Source: an uncultured bacterium (GTDB taxonomy: Bacteria; Bacillota; Clostridia; Lachnospirales; Lachnospiraceae). From it: 64,000 nt of DNA. A program made the translations under genes and the position numbers. The DNA is taken from the NCBI GenBank assembly GCA_905215625.1, contig CAJMQQ010000005.1:548-64547 (forward strand). Reading direction: 5' to 3'. Of the stretch, positions 36,303 to 46,228 are shown in pieces (position 1 is the first letter of the stretch; every line of letters begins with the position of its first letter). The notes below the pieces were generated by a model, which was not told the DNA's origin, did no database searches, and saw only the letters and a list, made by a program, of their open reading frames with translations.

Positions 36303-38089
36303 CAGAATATGAAGACAGAAAGAGAGGAATTAGCTTGAAACGCTACAAAAAGTATATTATGCCGTATAAAAGCGCATTTATATGCGGCCCGATTTTAATG
36401 CTGACAGAAGTGGCAGGAGAGATTGCGCTTCCCAAAATGATGTCCTTGATTATTAATAACGGTGTGGCAGACAAGGATATGGGTTACATTATCTGGATGT
36501 GAATCGCCATGGTATTAACAGCCTTAGTAATGGCAGGCGGAGGAATCGGAGCTGCATATTTTGCAGCAAAAGCGTCTATTTGTTTTACTACCGATTTAAG
36601 AAGAGACGTATTTGCTAAGGTTCAGCAGTTTTCCTTTAAAAATATTGATGATTTCAGCACTGGTTCTTTAGTAACCCGTCTGACCAATGACATCCAGCAG
36701 ATGCAGAATGTGATTATGATGGCGCTGCGTATGATGTTACGGGCGCCTGGAATGCTGATTGGCGCTCTGATTATGGCATTTGTGATGAATGCAAAGCTGG
36801 CTCTGGTGATTCTGGTGGTCATTCCGCTTCTGACCGCGGCCATTGTTGTGATTTTAAGAACAGCATTTCCAAGATTCCAGGTCATGCAGGAGGCCATCGA
36901 TAAGTTAAACTCAGGGATTCAGGAGGCATTAACCAATGTCCGTGTGATTAAGTCTTTTGTAAGAGAAGACCATGAGGAAGAGAAGTTTGCCGCAAACAAC
37001 AGTAACTTGATGGACAAGAGCTTAAAGGCGATGAACATTGTAATTGCGACCATGCCGGTTATGATGCTGGCGATGAATATTACCACCCTGGCAGTTGTCT
37101 GGTACGGTGGAAACATGATCATCGGCGGTACCATGCAGGTAGGCGATCTGACTGCATTTACTACCTACATTGTCCAGATTTTAATGTCTTTAATGATGCT
37201 CTCTATGGTATTTCTCCAGAGTTCCCGTGCCATGGCATCTGCAAAACGTGTCAATGAAGTTATGGATACGGAGATTGATTTAACTGATGACCATGCAGCA
37301 AGAAAAGATGCGCTGGTTACAAAGGGTAAAGTAGAATTTCAGGACGTCAGTTTCCATTATGGCGAAGAAGAAAAGGGAATGGTTCTGGAACATATTACCT
37401 TCACCGCCAATCCAGGCGAGACCATTGGCATTATCGGCTCAACGGGAAGCGGAAAAACCAGTCTGGTACAGCTGATTCCAAGATTGTATGATGCGACTGG
37501 CGGACGGGTATTAGTAGACGGAATAGATGTAAAAGACTATTCTCTGGAACACTTAAGAGAAGGCGTAGGCATGGTTCTGCAGAAAAATGTACTGTTTTCC
37601 GGAACCATTGAAGAAAATCTGCGCTGGGGAAATGAGGACGTTTCCATAGAAGAACTCCGCCAGACAGCAGACAGCGCCCAGGCAGACGGATTTGTCACGT
37701 CCTTCCCACAAGGGTATAAAACAGAGATGGGACAGGGCGGCGTCAATGTGTCCGGAGGACAGAAACAGAGACTTTGTATTGCAAGAGCCTTGTTAAAGAA
37801 GCCTAAAATCTTGATTTTAGACGATTCCACCAGCGCGGTAGATACTGCTACAGAAGCCAGAATCCAGGAATGCTTTAAAACTTCTTTGAAAGACACTACG
37901 AAAATCATCATTGCCCAGAGAATCGGATCCGTAGAAAATGCAGACCGGATTCTTGTACTAGACGATGGAAAAATCGAAGCAATCGGAACCCATCAGGAAC
38001 TGCTTCAAAACAGCCCTGCTTATCAGGAAATTTATTATTCCCAGAGGGATAAAGAAAAAGAAACACAGGCTCAGGAGGTGATGGCATGA
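36299..38089 (+). pseudogene. ABC exporter subunit (fused TMD-NBD) interrupted by an in-frame TGA at 36500-36502
   Basis: ORFs 36299-36502 and 36509-38089 share one frame and together form a normal type-I exporter. Features are TM1 ...FICGPILMLTEVAGE..., Walker A GSTGSGKTS, signature VSGGQKQR and Walker B ILILDDSTSAVD. Confidence 0.8.
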
Positions 38090-39957
38090 TGGATCAGAAA
38101 AGAGTAGAAAGCCTGAAACGGCGTTACGGAAACAATGTATCTGCCTCACAGTCAGCCATGGGAGCAAGAGGACACGGACATGGAGCACAAAGGATGGTGG
38201 GAAAGCCCCAGAATACCAAAGCAACAGTAAAGCGTCTGATGTCCTATCTGGAACAATATAAATTAGGCATGGGACTTGCATTTTTCTGTGTAATTATCAA
38301 TACCATTGCCAGTCTGGCAGGCTCTTATATGCTGCGTCCGATCATTAACACTTATATTGCGCCCACAGACGGAAGCAGGGGAGATGCGGCAGGACTGGCG
38401 AGAGCCCTGGCAGTGCTGGGAATTGTCTATGTGCTGGGAGTGCTGGCCAACTATTTCCAGGCGAAAATCATGCTGACCATTGCCCAGAAAGCGCTGGTAC
38501 AGCTAAGGGAAGATCTGTTTACAAAAATGCAGAAACTTCCGGTACGGTTTTACGATACCAACAACAACGGCGATTTGATGAGCCGGTTTACCAACGACGT
38601 GGACACAGTAGGACAGATGCTGAGCAGTACCTTAGTACAGTTGTTTGCAGGGGCCTTAAGCCTTGTGGGAACCCTGGCTTTGATGCTGTATACCAACATC
38701 TGGCTGACAATTATTACCCTGATTATGATTCCGCTGATGATGAAGGCAGGCGGATTTGTGGCAGGGCGAAGCCAGAAATATTTCTCTGCCCAGCAGTCGG
38801 CTCTCGGTGCAGTCAACGGCTATATTGAAGAAACCATTACCGGACAAAAGGTAGTTAAGGTATTTTGCCATGAAAAAATTGCAGAAGAAGAATTCGGATA
38901 TTTGAACGATGAACTGAAGAAAAACCAGATCCGAGCCCAGTTCTTTGGAGGAATTATGGGACCGGTTATGGGCAATTTAAGCCAGGTCAATTATGCGCTG
39001 ACTGCCTGCGTAGGAGGACTTCTGTGCGTATTGAAAGGATTTGATGTCGGCGGTCTGACGGTATTTTTAAACTTTTCCAGACAGTTTTCTAGACCGATTA
39101 ACGAGCTGTCCATGCAGGTCAGCACCATTTTTTCCGCCCTGGCCGGAGCAGAGAGAGTGTTTGCAGTCATGGATGAAGAGCCGGAACCGGCAGATGACAA
39201 AGACGCAGCAGTTTTAAATCCAATGGAAGGCCATGTAATCTTAGATCACGTTACCTTCGGATATAATCCGGACAAGGTGATTTTAAATGACATCAGCTTG
39301 TATGCAAAACCAGGCCAGAAGATTGCCTTTGTCGGATCCACAGGCGCAGGAAAAACTACCATAACCAACCTGATTAACCGGTTTTACGATATTCAGAGCG
39401 GAAGCATTACCATTGACGGAGTCAATATCCGTCACATTAAGAGGGAAAATTTAAGAAGCAACATTGCCATGGTGCTTCAGGATACCCATTTATTTACGGG
39501 AACAGTCCGGGAAAACATCCGGTATGGAAGACTGGATGCTACCGATGAAGAAGTAATCGAAGCAGCGAAAACCGCATCGGCCCATTCCTTTATCATGCGT
39601 CTGCCAAACGGCTATGACACCATGCTGGAAGGAGACGGAGCCAATTTAAGCCAGGGACAGCGGCAGCTCTTAAACATTGCAAGAGCCGCCATATCCAAAG
39701 CTCCGGTACTGATTTTAGATGAGGCTACCAGTTCTGTAGATACCAGAACCGAAAAACACATTGAACACGGTATGGACCGGCTTATGGCAAACCGTACCAC
39801 CTTTGTAATTGCCCACCGTTTGTCCACGGTCCGTAATGCCAACGCCATCATGGTATTGGAAAACGGAAGGATCATCGAGCGGGGCGATCACGACGAACTA
39901 CTTGCCATGAAAGGCCGGTACTACGAGCTGTATACCGGAATGAAGGAGTTAGACTAA
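38086..39957 (+). CDS. ABC exporter subunit (fused TMD-NBD), partner of the upstream subunit
   Basis: 623 aa with Walker A GSTGAGKTT, signature LSQGQRQL and Walker B LILDEATSSVD. ATGA overlap with the upstream gene. Confidence 0.93.
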   Translation: MMDQKRVESLKRRYGNNVSASQSAMGARGHGHGAQRMVGKPQNTKATVKRLMSYLEQYKLGMGLAFFCVIINTIASLAGSYMLRPIINTYIAPTDGSRGDAAGLARALAVLGIVYVLGVLANYFQAKIMLTIAQKALVQLREDLFTKMQKLPVRFYDTNNNGDLMSRFTNDVDTVGQMLSSTLVQLFAGALSLVGTLALMLYTNIWLTIITLIMIPLMMKAGGFVAGRSQKYFSAQQSALGAVNGYIEETITGQKVVKVFCHEKIAEEEFGYLNDELKKNQIRAQFFGGIMGPVMGNLSQVNYALTACVGGLLCVLKGFDVGGLTVFLNFSRQFSRPINELSMQVSTIFSALAGAERVFAVMDEEPEPADDKDAAVLNPMEGHVILDHVTFGYNPDKVILNDISLYAKPGQKIAFVGSTGAGKTTITNLINRFYDIQSGSITIDGVNIRHIKRENLRSNIAMVLQDTHLFTGTVRENIRYGRLDATDEEVIEAAKTASAHSFIMRLPNGYDTMLEGDGANLSQGQRQLLNIARAAISKAPVLILDEATSSVDTRTEKHIEHGMDRLMANRTTFVIAHRLSTVRNANAIMVLENGRIIERGDHDELLAMKGRYYELYTGMKELD

Positions 39958-39963
39958 ATTCAA

Positions 39964-41322
39964 TCAGACAGAGTTTTTTTGGGTCAGCCGCTTTAACATA
40001 AGCCGCACCATGAAAATACAGTATAAAAGGGCAGTCCCCCAGGCGATTGGGTTGGCAAAACATACGGCGGTATAGCCAAATCCGGCCACAGCCAGGAAGC
40101 CGCCGAAACTTCTGCCAAACAGTTCGCCTACGCCGGACAATACGGCGTGGACGCTGTAGCCCAGCCCCTGCAGGGTATTGCGGAAAATCATTAGTGACCC
40201 GTGGATAATAAAAAGGGCGCTCATAATGGTCAGATACTGGATTGCCATGGCAGTTACTTCTGGGGAACCGTCGCCTAATACCAGATGGACAAAAGCCCCT
40301 TTTAAGAAAAAGATGGCAGTCCAGGCAAAGACACAATAAAGAGCCTGAATGGTCAGGCCGCTTTTAATGCCGCTTTTGATCCGGTCAATCCGGCCGGCAC
40401 CGTAATTTTGTCCCACATAGGTGGCCATGGCCATTCCGACGCTTTCCATGGGAAGCGTAAACATCTGGCGGATTTTTTCGCCTGCAGTTTGTCCGGCAAC
40501 GGCTAGACTTCCTAAAGAATTAATAGCATTCTGCATAACGATAGCGCCAATGGCGGAAACAGAATATTCAAAGCCCATTGGGAGGCCGACGATGCAAAGA
40601 CGCAGGAGATGAGACTTAGAAAGTTTCATTTCCTGTTTTTTGATCCGGATTTCCCTGGTTTTGCAAAGAAGCCACCAGGAATTGAGAAGTCCGCTTACAA
40701 GCTGGCTGACAACTGTCGCCCAGGCAGCGCCTCCAACGCCCATATGAAAACAGGCAATGAGTACGTAGTCCAGAATAATGTTTAAGACGCTGGAAAACAG
40801 AAGAAAGTAAAATGGATGTCTGGAGTCCCCTAAAGCCCTTAAGGCGCTGGCAGAGTAGTTATATAAGATACTGGCAGGAATCCCCCAGAAGATAATCACA
40901 ACATATTCCACAGCCATTGGAAAAATCGTTTCCGGAGTGTGGATAAGGGACAGGAGGGGAGAGGCTGCATTCACCATAACAAGGGTGAGAAGCAAGGCCA
41001 TAAAAGAGCAGATCCAGAAGCCATTCCACAGATACCGGTGGATTTGCTCCGGAGATTTTGCGCCTGCGCTCTGGGCAATGGGGATGCCGAAACCGATGCA
41101 GGCGCCCTGGACGAATCCAAGGGTCAAAAAGTGGAGGGAATAGGTGGTTCCAACAGCACCTAAAGCATCTACCCCTAAAAAGCGTCCGACGATTACGGTA
41201 TCTGCAAAGCTGTACAACTGTTGGAATAATGTTCCGAATACCAGGGGAAGAGAGAACAAAAGAATCTGTGTGAAAGGGCGGCCGGAAGTTAAATCTGCGG
41301 CCGCCGGTCTTGTTTTATTCAT
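39964..41322 (-). CDS. MATE-family efflux transporter
   Basis: 452 aa with 12 TM helices and ...ILLFSLPLVFGTLFQQLYSFADTVIVGRFLG. Confidence 0.9.
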   Translation of the reverse strand: MNKTRPAAADLTSGRPFTQILLFSLPLVFGTLFQQLYSFADTVIVGRFLGVDALGAVGTTYSLHFLTLGFVQGACIGFGIPIAQSAGAKSPEQIHRYLWNGFWICSFMALLLTLVMVNAASPLLSLIHTPETIFPMAVEYVVIIFWGIPASILYNYSASALRALGDSRHPFYFLLFSSVLNIILDYVLIACFHMGVGGAAWATVVSQLVSGLLNSWWLLCKTREIRIKKQEMKLSKSHLLRLCIVGLPMGFEYSVSAIGAIVMQNAINSLGSLAVAGQTAGEKIRQMFTLPMESVGMAMATYVGQNYGAGRIDRIKSGIKSGLTIQALYCVFAWTAIFFLKGAFVHLVLGDGSPEVTAMAIQYLTIMSALFIIHGSLMIFRNTLQGLGYSVHAVLSGVGELFGRSFGGFLAVAGFGYTAVCFANPIAWGTALLYCIFMVRLMLKRLTQKNSV

Positions 41323-41343
41323 GGTGTTACCAACCTTTTGAAA

Positions 41344-42381
41344 TTAATTGTGCTGGAACCTTTTAGGCAGCGATAACAGCAGTCTGCACAAAGGTTCGTA
41401 AATCAGATGGTAGATGGGAATGGAAATTCCAAAAGCTAAACAAAAGGACAGGAGGGAAAGGAGCAGCCAGGCCCCGTATCCCGGAACTCCAGGCTCTACC
41501 AGATAAGTAAAAATAAAATTGTGCGTCAGTCCATGGAATAAGTAAATAAAAAACGTATACCTGCTGATAAAATTAATGGGTTTTTCCAGATGTCTGGTAA
41601 TAATCGTTCCATACCGGGTTACCAGAAGGTAAATGGCCATACACATAAAAATCATGGACGGTGCATAATTAAAAAGGGCAGGGTTCTGTCCGGTAAAGAA
41701 GATCTCTTCAATAGAAGAAACCAAAAGTCCGAGAATGCCCAACCCTAAAAAAAGGAATACTTGTGAGCGGCTTAGTTCCAGCTTGTCTAAAACAAACCCC
41801 AGTATGCAGTAGATGACCCAGCTATATAAAATATAAGAGGTAAGCATCTGCTCCATGCGAAAAATCTGATATAGGTTCTGAATGGCAAAATAAGCCAGAC
41901 TGACGATTAACAGCCACCGCAGTTCCCGCCTGGTCATGTCTTTTAACATACGCCAGAGAAAGGGAACTGCCAGATAAAAACCTGCCAGCGCAAGGACAAA
42001 CCACAGGTATCCAACGATCTGGGCTTGTAAAAATCCTTTGATAAAGTCTTTTACATAAACAGACGAGAGGGAGAGACCATGGTTCTGGACGTAATAGAAA
42101 AAAGAAACAAAAAGGGCGGGAATCCCGATTTTTACCAGACGTTTCCAGTAAAAACCAGGGATATTCCCGTCAAATTTTTCTAAAATAAACCGGCCGCTGA
42201 GCATGAAAAACAGGCCGTTGCTGGTTAGGGTCACTGTGCGGATAATCTCCCGTATATGCCATGCCATAGGTTCTGTCTGGGCGTCTGCAATCCAGACGCC
42301 CGCCAGCATATGAGTCGCAATGACGAAAAAAATAGCCAGAATCCGCAGCAAGTTATAATTAACAAGAACTTTCTTTTCCAT
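41344..42381 (-). CDS. Acyltransferase family 3 membrane protein
   Basis: 345 aa with about 10 TM helices and the N-terminus ...LLRILAIFFVIATHM... typical of acyltransferase_3. Confidence 0.8.
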   Translation of the reverse strand: MEKKVLVNYNLLRILAIFFVIATHMLAGVWIADAQTEPMAWHIREIIRTVTLTSNGLFFMLSGRFILEKFDGNIPGFYWKRLVKIGIPALFVSFFYYVQNHGLSLSSVYVKDFIKGFLQAQIVGYLWFVLALAGFYLAVPFLWRMLKDMTRRELRWLLIVSLAYFAIQNLYQIFRMEQMLTSYILYSWVIYCILGFVLDKLELSRSQVFLFLGLGILGLLVSSIEEIFFTGQNPALFNYAPSMIFMCMAIYLLVTRYGTIITRHLEKPINFISRYTFFIYLFHGLTHNFIFTYLVEPGVPGYGAWLLLSLLSFCLAFGISIPIYHLIYEPLCRLLLSLPKRFQHN

Positions 42382-42390
42382 AGAAGTGAA

Positions 42391-42891
42391 TTACTTAGAA
42401 GCCTGTGCAAGACAGTCGTTGACAGCATTATAAAATCCGTACAGATTAATGCTGACAGAAGCCACTGCCTGGGTATAACCGTTTTCGTCAATCAGTCCGT
42501 CAATACTCTGGTTGGAAATGACATAAGACGCTGCCGCGTCAGCCTGCTCCGTCCAGGAGAGTCCGTCTTCTGTCATCGTATACTGGCCGTTTAAGGTCAG
42601 CTGGCGCTTGGTAACGCCGTCTGCTCCGATGCAGTCCCAGGTAATGGAAGTAATGTAGCCGTCAAATACGGTTAACGATACCTGGTTTTTAAAGCCGCTT
42701 TCGTCTGCTTCCGTATCAACATAGGTATAAGTTCCGTCGGTCAGTTTCATGGCCGGTTCCGGAAGATCGGCTCTGGTCATGCGGTGAATCGCAGAATAAG
42801 CCGGGGTAGAAACCAGGATTACCAGTACAGAGAAAACAGCCATAACAGCCAGACCAATTATATTTTGTTTTTTGGGATTTGAATGATGCAT
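42391..42891 (-). CDS. Membrane-anchored hypothetical protein with an FMN-bind-like fold signature but no flavinylation motif
   Basis: 166 aa with an N-terminal TM anchor. DGTYTY...VSLTVFDGYITSITWD... resembles FMN-binding domains, but the usual S/T-G-A-T/S site reads ASVSI. Confidence 0.4.
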   Translation of the reverse strand: MHHSNPKKQNIIGLAVMAVFSVLVILVSTPAYSAIHRMTRADLPEPAMKLTDGTYTYVDTEADESGFKNQVSLTVFDGYITSITWDCIGADGVTKRQLTLNGQYTMTEDGLSWTEQADAAASYVISNQSIDGLIDENGYTQAVASVSINLYGFYNAVNDCLAQASK

Positions 42892-43009
42892 AAAATCGCT
42901 CCTTTGATTATTTTAATAGACTATTTGATGGTATCATATCGAACGGTTGTATGGAAGAACAGAATTGAAAATATTTATTATAATTTCTTATAAAGCTCAT
43001 AAGATTTAT

Positions 43010-43027
43010 TTGATAATAATTTCACAA
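43010..43027. promoter_or_regulatory. Rex-box-like inverted repeat in the divergent intergenic region upstream of rnf
   Basis: TTGATAATAATTTCACAA compared with the clostridial Rex consensus TTGTTAAnnnnTTAACAA gives 6 of 7 matches in each half. Confidence 0.25.
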
Positions 43028-43241
43028 AACAGAAATAAAAAGAAAAGAGGAAATTCTTTGATGGAATCAACGGGGAGAAATGACAAAGTTTTTTTGTGAA
43101 TCGTTCCGTCTGGAATAGAAGAGAGAAAAGTGTCAAAAATTTAACGGATAATCCGGGAGATTCTTCAGTAAAACACAAAATGTATGGAAAAAAATACAGC
43201 AAATTCCTACAAATTGCTACAGTTCCGGCAGGAAAAGACAA

Positions 43242-43270
43242 TTGTATACAATATCAAATTATGTTATAAT
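43242..43270 (+). promoter_or_regulatory. Sigma-A-like promoter of the rnf operon
   Basis: TTGTAT (43242-43247), a 17-nt spacer, then TGtTATAAT (-10 at 43265-43270, extended -10). Confidence 0.45.
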
Positions 43271-43334
43271 AGCAAAGATAAACTGGAGCAATTCTCTGCT
43301 TCAGGAAAATGTTTATAGAAAGAGGGTTAGTTTG

Positions 43335-44660
43335 ATGGGTTTGGCTACATTTAAAGGCGGCATTCATCCCTTTGAGGGAAAAGAAATGTCTGAGAACAAG
43401 CCAGTACAGGTGCTGATTCCCAAGGGAGAGATGGTATTCCCTATGGCACAGCACATCGGCGCACCGGCAAAACCACTGGTAAAGAAGGGCGACAGAGTGT
43501 TAGTCGGCCAGAAAATCGGGGAAGCCGGCGGCTTCATTTCTGCCAATGTCATCTGCTCAGTATCCGGAACCGTAAAGGCGGTAGAGCCTCGTCTGATGGT
43601 GAATGGAACCATGGTAACTTCCGTAATTGTAGAAAATGACGGACTGGATGAGAAGATTGAACATTTTGGCGAAGACAGGGATTATACGAAACTGTCTAAG
43701 GACGAGATCCGCAGCATTGTAAAAGAGGCAGGTATCGTAGGCTTAGGCGGCGCAGGCTTCCCAACCAATGTAAAGCTGACACCAAAGGATGACAGCAAGA
43801 TCGATTACATTTTAGTAAATGGAGCAGAGTGCGAGCCATATCTGACTTCTGACTACCGCATGATGTTAGAAGAACCGGAAAAGATTGTAGGCGGTCTGAA
43901 AGTCATTTTAAGTCTGTTTGACAATGCCAAAGGCGTGATTGGCATTGAGAACAACAAGCCGGAAGGCATTAAGAAACTGGAAGAGTTAGTAAAGGATGAA
44001 CCCCGTATTGAAGTGCGTCCGCTTCTTACCAAGTATCCACAGGGCGGCGAGCGTTCTTTGATTTATGCAATTACCGGACGCAAGGTAAATTCTTCCATGC
44101 TTCCAGCAGACGCAGGATGTATTGTAGACAACATTGATACCGTTATTGCCATTTACAACGCAGTATGCAAGCAGACCCCATTAATCCGCAAGATTATCAC
44201 TGTTACCGGCGATGCCATTGTAAATCCACAAAACTTCAGTGTAAGACTGGGAACCAATTACCAGGAACTGTTAGAAGCTGCAGGCGGCTTTAAGAATGAT
44301 CCGGAAAAAGTCATTTCCGGCGGTCCTATGATGGGCCAGTCCCTGTTTAGTCTGGATCTTCCCGTAACCAAGACTTCCTCCGCTTTGACCTGCTTTTCCA
44401 AAGATATGGTAGCCGCTCAGGAGCCGACTCCATGTATCCGCTGCGGACGCTGTGTTTCTGCGTGTCCAAGCCACCTGGTTCCTCCGCTTATGATGAATGC
44501 AGCTATGAAAAATAACTGTGAAACATTTGAAAAATTAAACGGTATGGAATGTATGGAATGCGGAAGCTGCGCTTATGTCTGTCCGGCAAAGAGACCTTTG
44601 ACCCAGGCATTTAAGGATATGCGCAGACAGGTAGCTGCAAACCGCAGAAAGAAAGCGTAA
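43335..44660 (+). CDS. rnfC: Rnf complex subunit C (NADH-binding, FeS)
   Basis: Starts MGLATFKGGIHPFEGKE, with GLGGAGFPT and two CxxCxxCxxxCP ferredoxin motifs. RBS GAGGG upstream; the 43242 start in the ORF track is unlikely. Confidence 0.93.
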   Translation: MGLATFKGGIHPFEGKEMSENKPVQVLIPKGEMVFPMAQHIGAPAKPLVKKGDRVLVGQKIGEAGGFISANVICSVSGTVKAVEPRLMVNGTMVTSVIVENDGLDEKIEHFGEDRDYTKLSKDEIRSIVKEAGIVGLGGAGFPTNVKLTPKDDSKIDYILVNGAECEPYLTSDYRMMLEEPEKIVGGLKVILSLFDNAKGVIGIENNKPEGIKKLEELVKDEPRIEVRPLLTKYPQGGERSLIYAITGRKVNSSMLPADAGCIVDNIDTVIAIYNAVCKQTPLIRKIITVTGDAIVNPQNFSVRLGTNYQELLEAAGGFKNDPEKVISGGPMMGQSLFSLDLPVTKTSSALTCFSKDMVAAQEPTPCIRCGRCVSACPSHLVPPLMMNAAMKNNCETFEKLNGMECMECGSCAYVCPAKRPLTQAFKDMRRQVAANRRKKA

Positions 44661-44674
44661 GGAGGCGGAAGAGA

Positions 44675-45601
44675 ATGAACAGATTATTAAACGTATCCTC
44701 ATCCCCTCATGTAAGGGATCAGGTAACCACTAGCAACATTATGTTCGATGTGGCGATTGCCATGCTTCCGGCAGCGGCATTCGGTGTATATCAATTTGGC
44801 TTAAAGGCTCTGGTTATTATTATCGGAACCGTTTTAGCCTGCGTAGCAAGTGAATATTTATATGAAAAAGGCATGAAGAAGCCGATTACCATTGCAGATG
44901 GAAGCGCCTTGGTAACCGGTATGATTCTGGCTCTGAATATGCCTGCCGACATTCCGGTATGGATCCCTATGCTTGGCGGCGTGTTTGCAATTATTGTAGT
45001 AAAGCAGTTATACGGCGGTTTAGGACAGAACTTTATGAACCCTGCTCTGGCAGCAAGATGTTTCCTGTTAATCTCCTTTACCGGCAAGATGACTACCTTT
45101 TCCTTAAACGGCGTTACCGGAGCTACTCCGTTAGCAGTGTTAAAGTCTGGCGGAAGCGTAGACGTAGCAGCGATGTTTGTTGGTAAAATTCCAGGAACCA
45201 TTGGCGAAGTATCTGTAATCGCCCTGTTAATCGGCGCAGCTTATATGCTGTGGAAAAAGGTTATTACCATCCGGATTCCGGCATCTTACCTGATTTCCTT
45301 CAGCTTATTTGTAGTGATCTTCGGCGGTCATGGACTGGATATGAACTACCTGTTAGCACACTTATGCGGCGGCGGTTTAATCTTTGGTGCATTCTTTATG
45401 GCAACGGACTATGTTACCAGTCCGATTACACCAAACGGTCAGATCGTATATGGTATTTTAATGGGATGCTTAACCGGACTGTTCCGTTTATTCGGCGGTT
45501 CTGCAGAAGGCGTATCCTATGCAATTATTCTGAGCAATATCCTGGTGCCGTTAATTGAGAAGGTAACCCTTCCGAAGGCATTTGGAAAGGAGGGCAAATA
45601 A
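44675..45601 (+). CDS. rnfD: Rnf complex subunit D
   Basis: 308 aa starting ...VSSSPHVRD..., polytopic, with the GATPL flavinylation-region motif. Confidence 0.93.
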   Translation: MNRLLNVSSSPHVRDQVTTSNIMFDVAIAMLPAAAFGVYQFGLKALVIIIGTVLACVASEYLYEKGMKKPITIADGSALVTGMILALNMPADIPVWIPMLGGVFAIIVVKQLYGGLGQNFMNPALAARCFLLISFTGKMTTFSLNGVTGATPLAVLKSGGSVDVAAMFVGKIPGTIGEVSVIALLIGAAYMLWKKVITIRIPASYLISFSLFVVIFGGHGLDMNYLLAHLCGGGLIFGAFFMATDYVTSPITPNGQIVYGILMGCLTGLFRLFGGSAEGVSYAIILSNILVPLIEKVTLPKAFGKEGK

Positions 45602-46215
45602 TGATGAAAAAAGGCGGATTTATGAAAGACGCGGTAATTTTATTTGCCATCACCCTGATTGCAGGTCTGTGCCTGGGCGGCGTTTACGGTATTACCAAGG
45701 AGCCGATTGCCAAGGCAGAAGCTGCTGCAAAGATTGCAGCCTATAAAGAAGTCCTTCCGGAAGCAAGCGATTTCGTAGAAGACGGTATGGCAGACAAAAT
45801 TGCCGCTTCTGCAGAAGATTTAATGGCTCAGGGCTTCGGCAATGTGTACATCGATTCTGCTGCACAGGCAGTAGATGGATCCGGCAATCCAGTTGGATAT
45901 GTAGTTTCTTCTACTTCCAAAGACGGATTTGGCGGCGAAGTAAAACTTTCTGTAGGTATTAACGGCGAAGGCAAGGTAAGCGGCATTGCGTTTTTATCCC
46001 TGTCTGAAACTCCTGGTCTTGGCATGAATGCAACCGGCGATGAGTTTAAGGGACAGTTTACCGGAAAGAATGCAGAAACCTTAGCAGTCACCAAAACAGG
46101 CGCTCCGGCAGAAAATGAGATTCAGGCAATGTCCGGTGCGACTATTACATCTGAGGCAGTTACAAACGCAGTAAATGCAGCCATTTACTTTGTAAATAAC
46201 TGCGCAGCGAACTAG
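45601..46215 (+). CDS. rnfG: Rnf complex subunit G (FMN-binding)
   Basis: 204 aa with an N-terminal anchor and the FMN-bind motif ...QAMSGATITSEAV... Confidence 0.9.
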   Translation: MMKKGGFMKDAVILFAITLIAGLCLGGVYGITKEPIAKAEAAAKIAAYKEVLPEASDFVEDGMADKIAASAEDLMAQGFGNVYIDSAAQAVDGSGNPVGYVVSSTSKDGFGGEVKLSVGINGEGKVSGIAFLSLSETPGLGMNATGDEFKGQFTGKNAETLAVTKTGAPAENEIQAMSGATITSEAVTNAVNAAIYFVNNCAAN

Positions 46216-46228
46216 GAGGTGGGACGCG

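Noticed and set aside
36500-36502. TGA read as selenocysteine, or as a reassigned codon (genetic code 4 or 25)
   Set aside because: Many well-supported genes here terminate with TGA (for example spoIIIAE at 3481-3483, dxs at 12599-12601 and marR at 36300-36302), so TGA is a stop in this genome. The position is in a TM segment of an ABC permease, where Sec is not expected, and I saw no SECIS-like hairpin just downstream.
36299-36502. Stand-alone 67-aa gene between marR and the ABC gene
   Set aside because: Its sequence is the normal N-terminus (elbow helix and TM1) of the ABC exporter and is in frame with the downstream ORF. It is better explained as one interrupted gene.
43091-43110. Second possible Rex half-site (TTGTGAATCG...) in the rnf upstream region
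   Set aside because: Only one half matches, and no partner TTCACAA lies at the required spacing.
42978-43241. 87-aa minus-strand ORF in the rnf upstream spacer
   Set aside because: This is an AT-rich intergenic region containing the rnf promoter. The translation is Phe/Leu/Lys-rich with no RBS, so it is likely non-coding.
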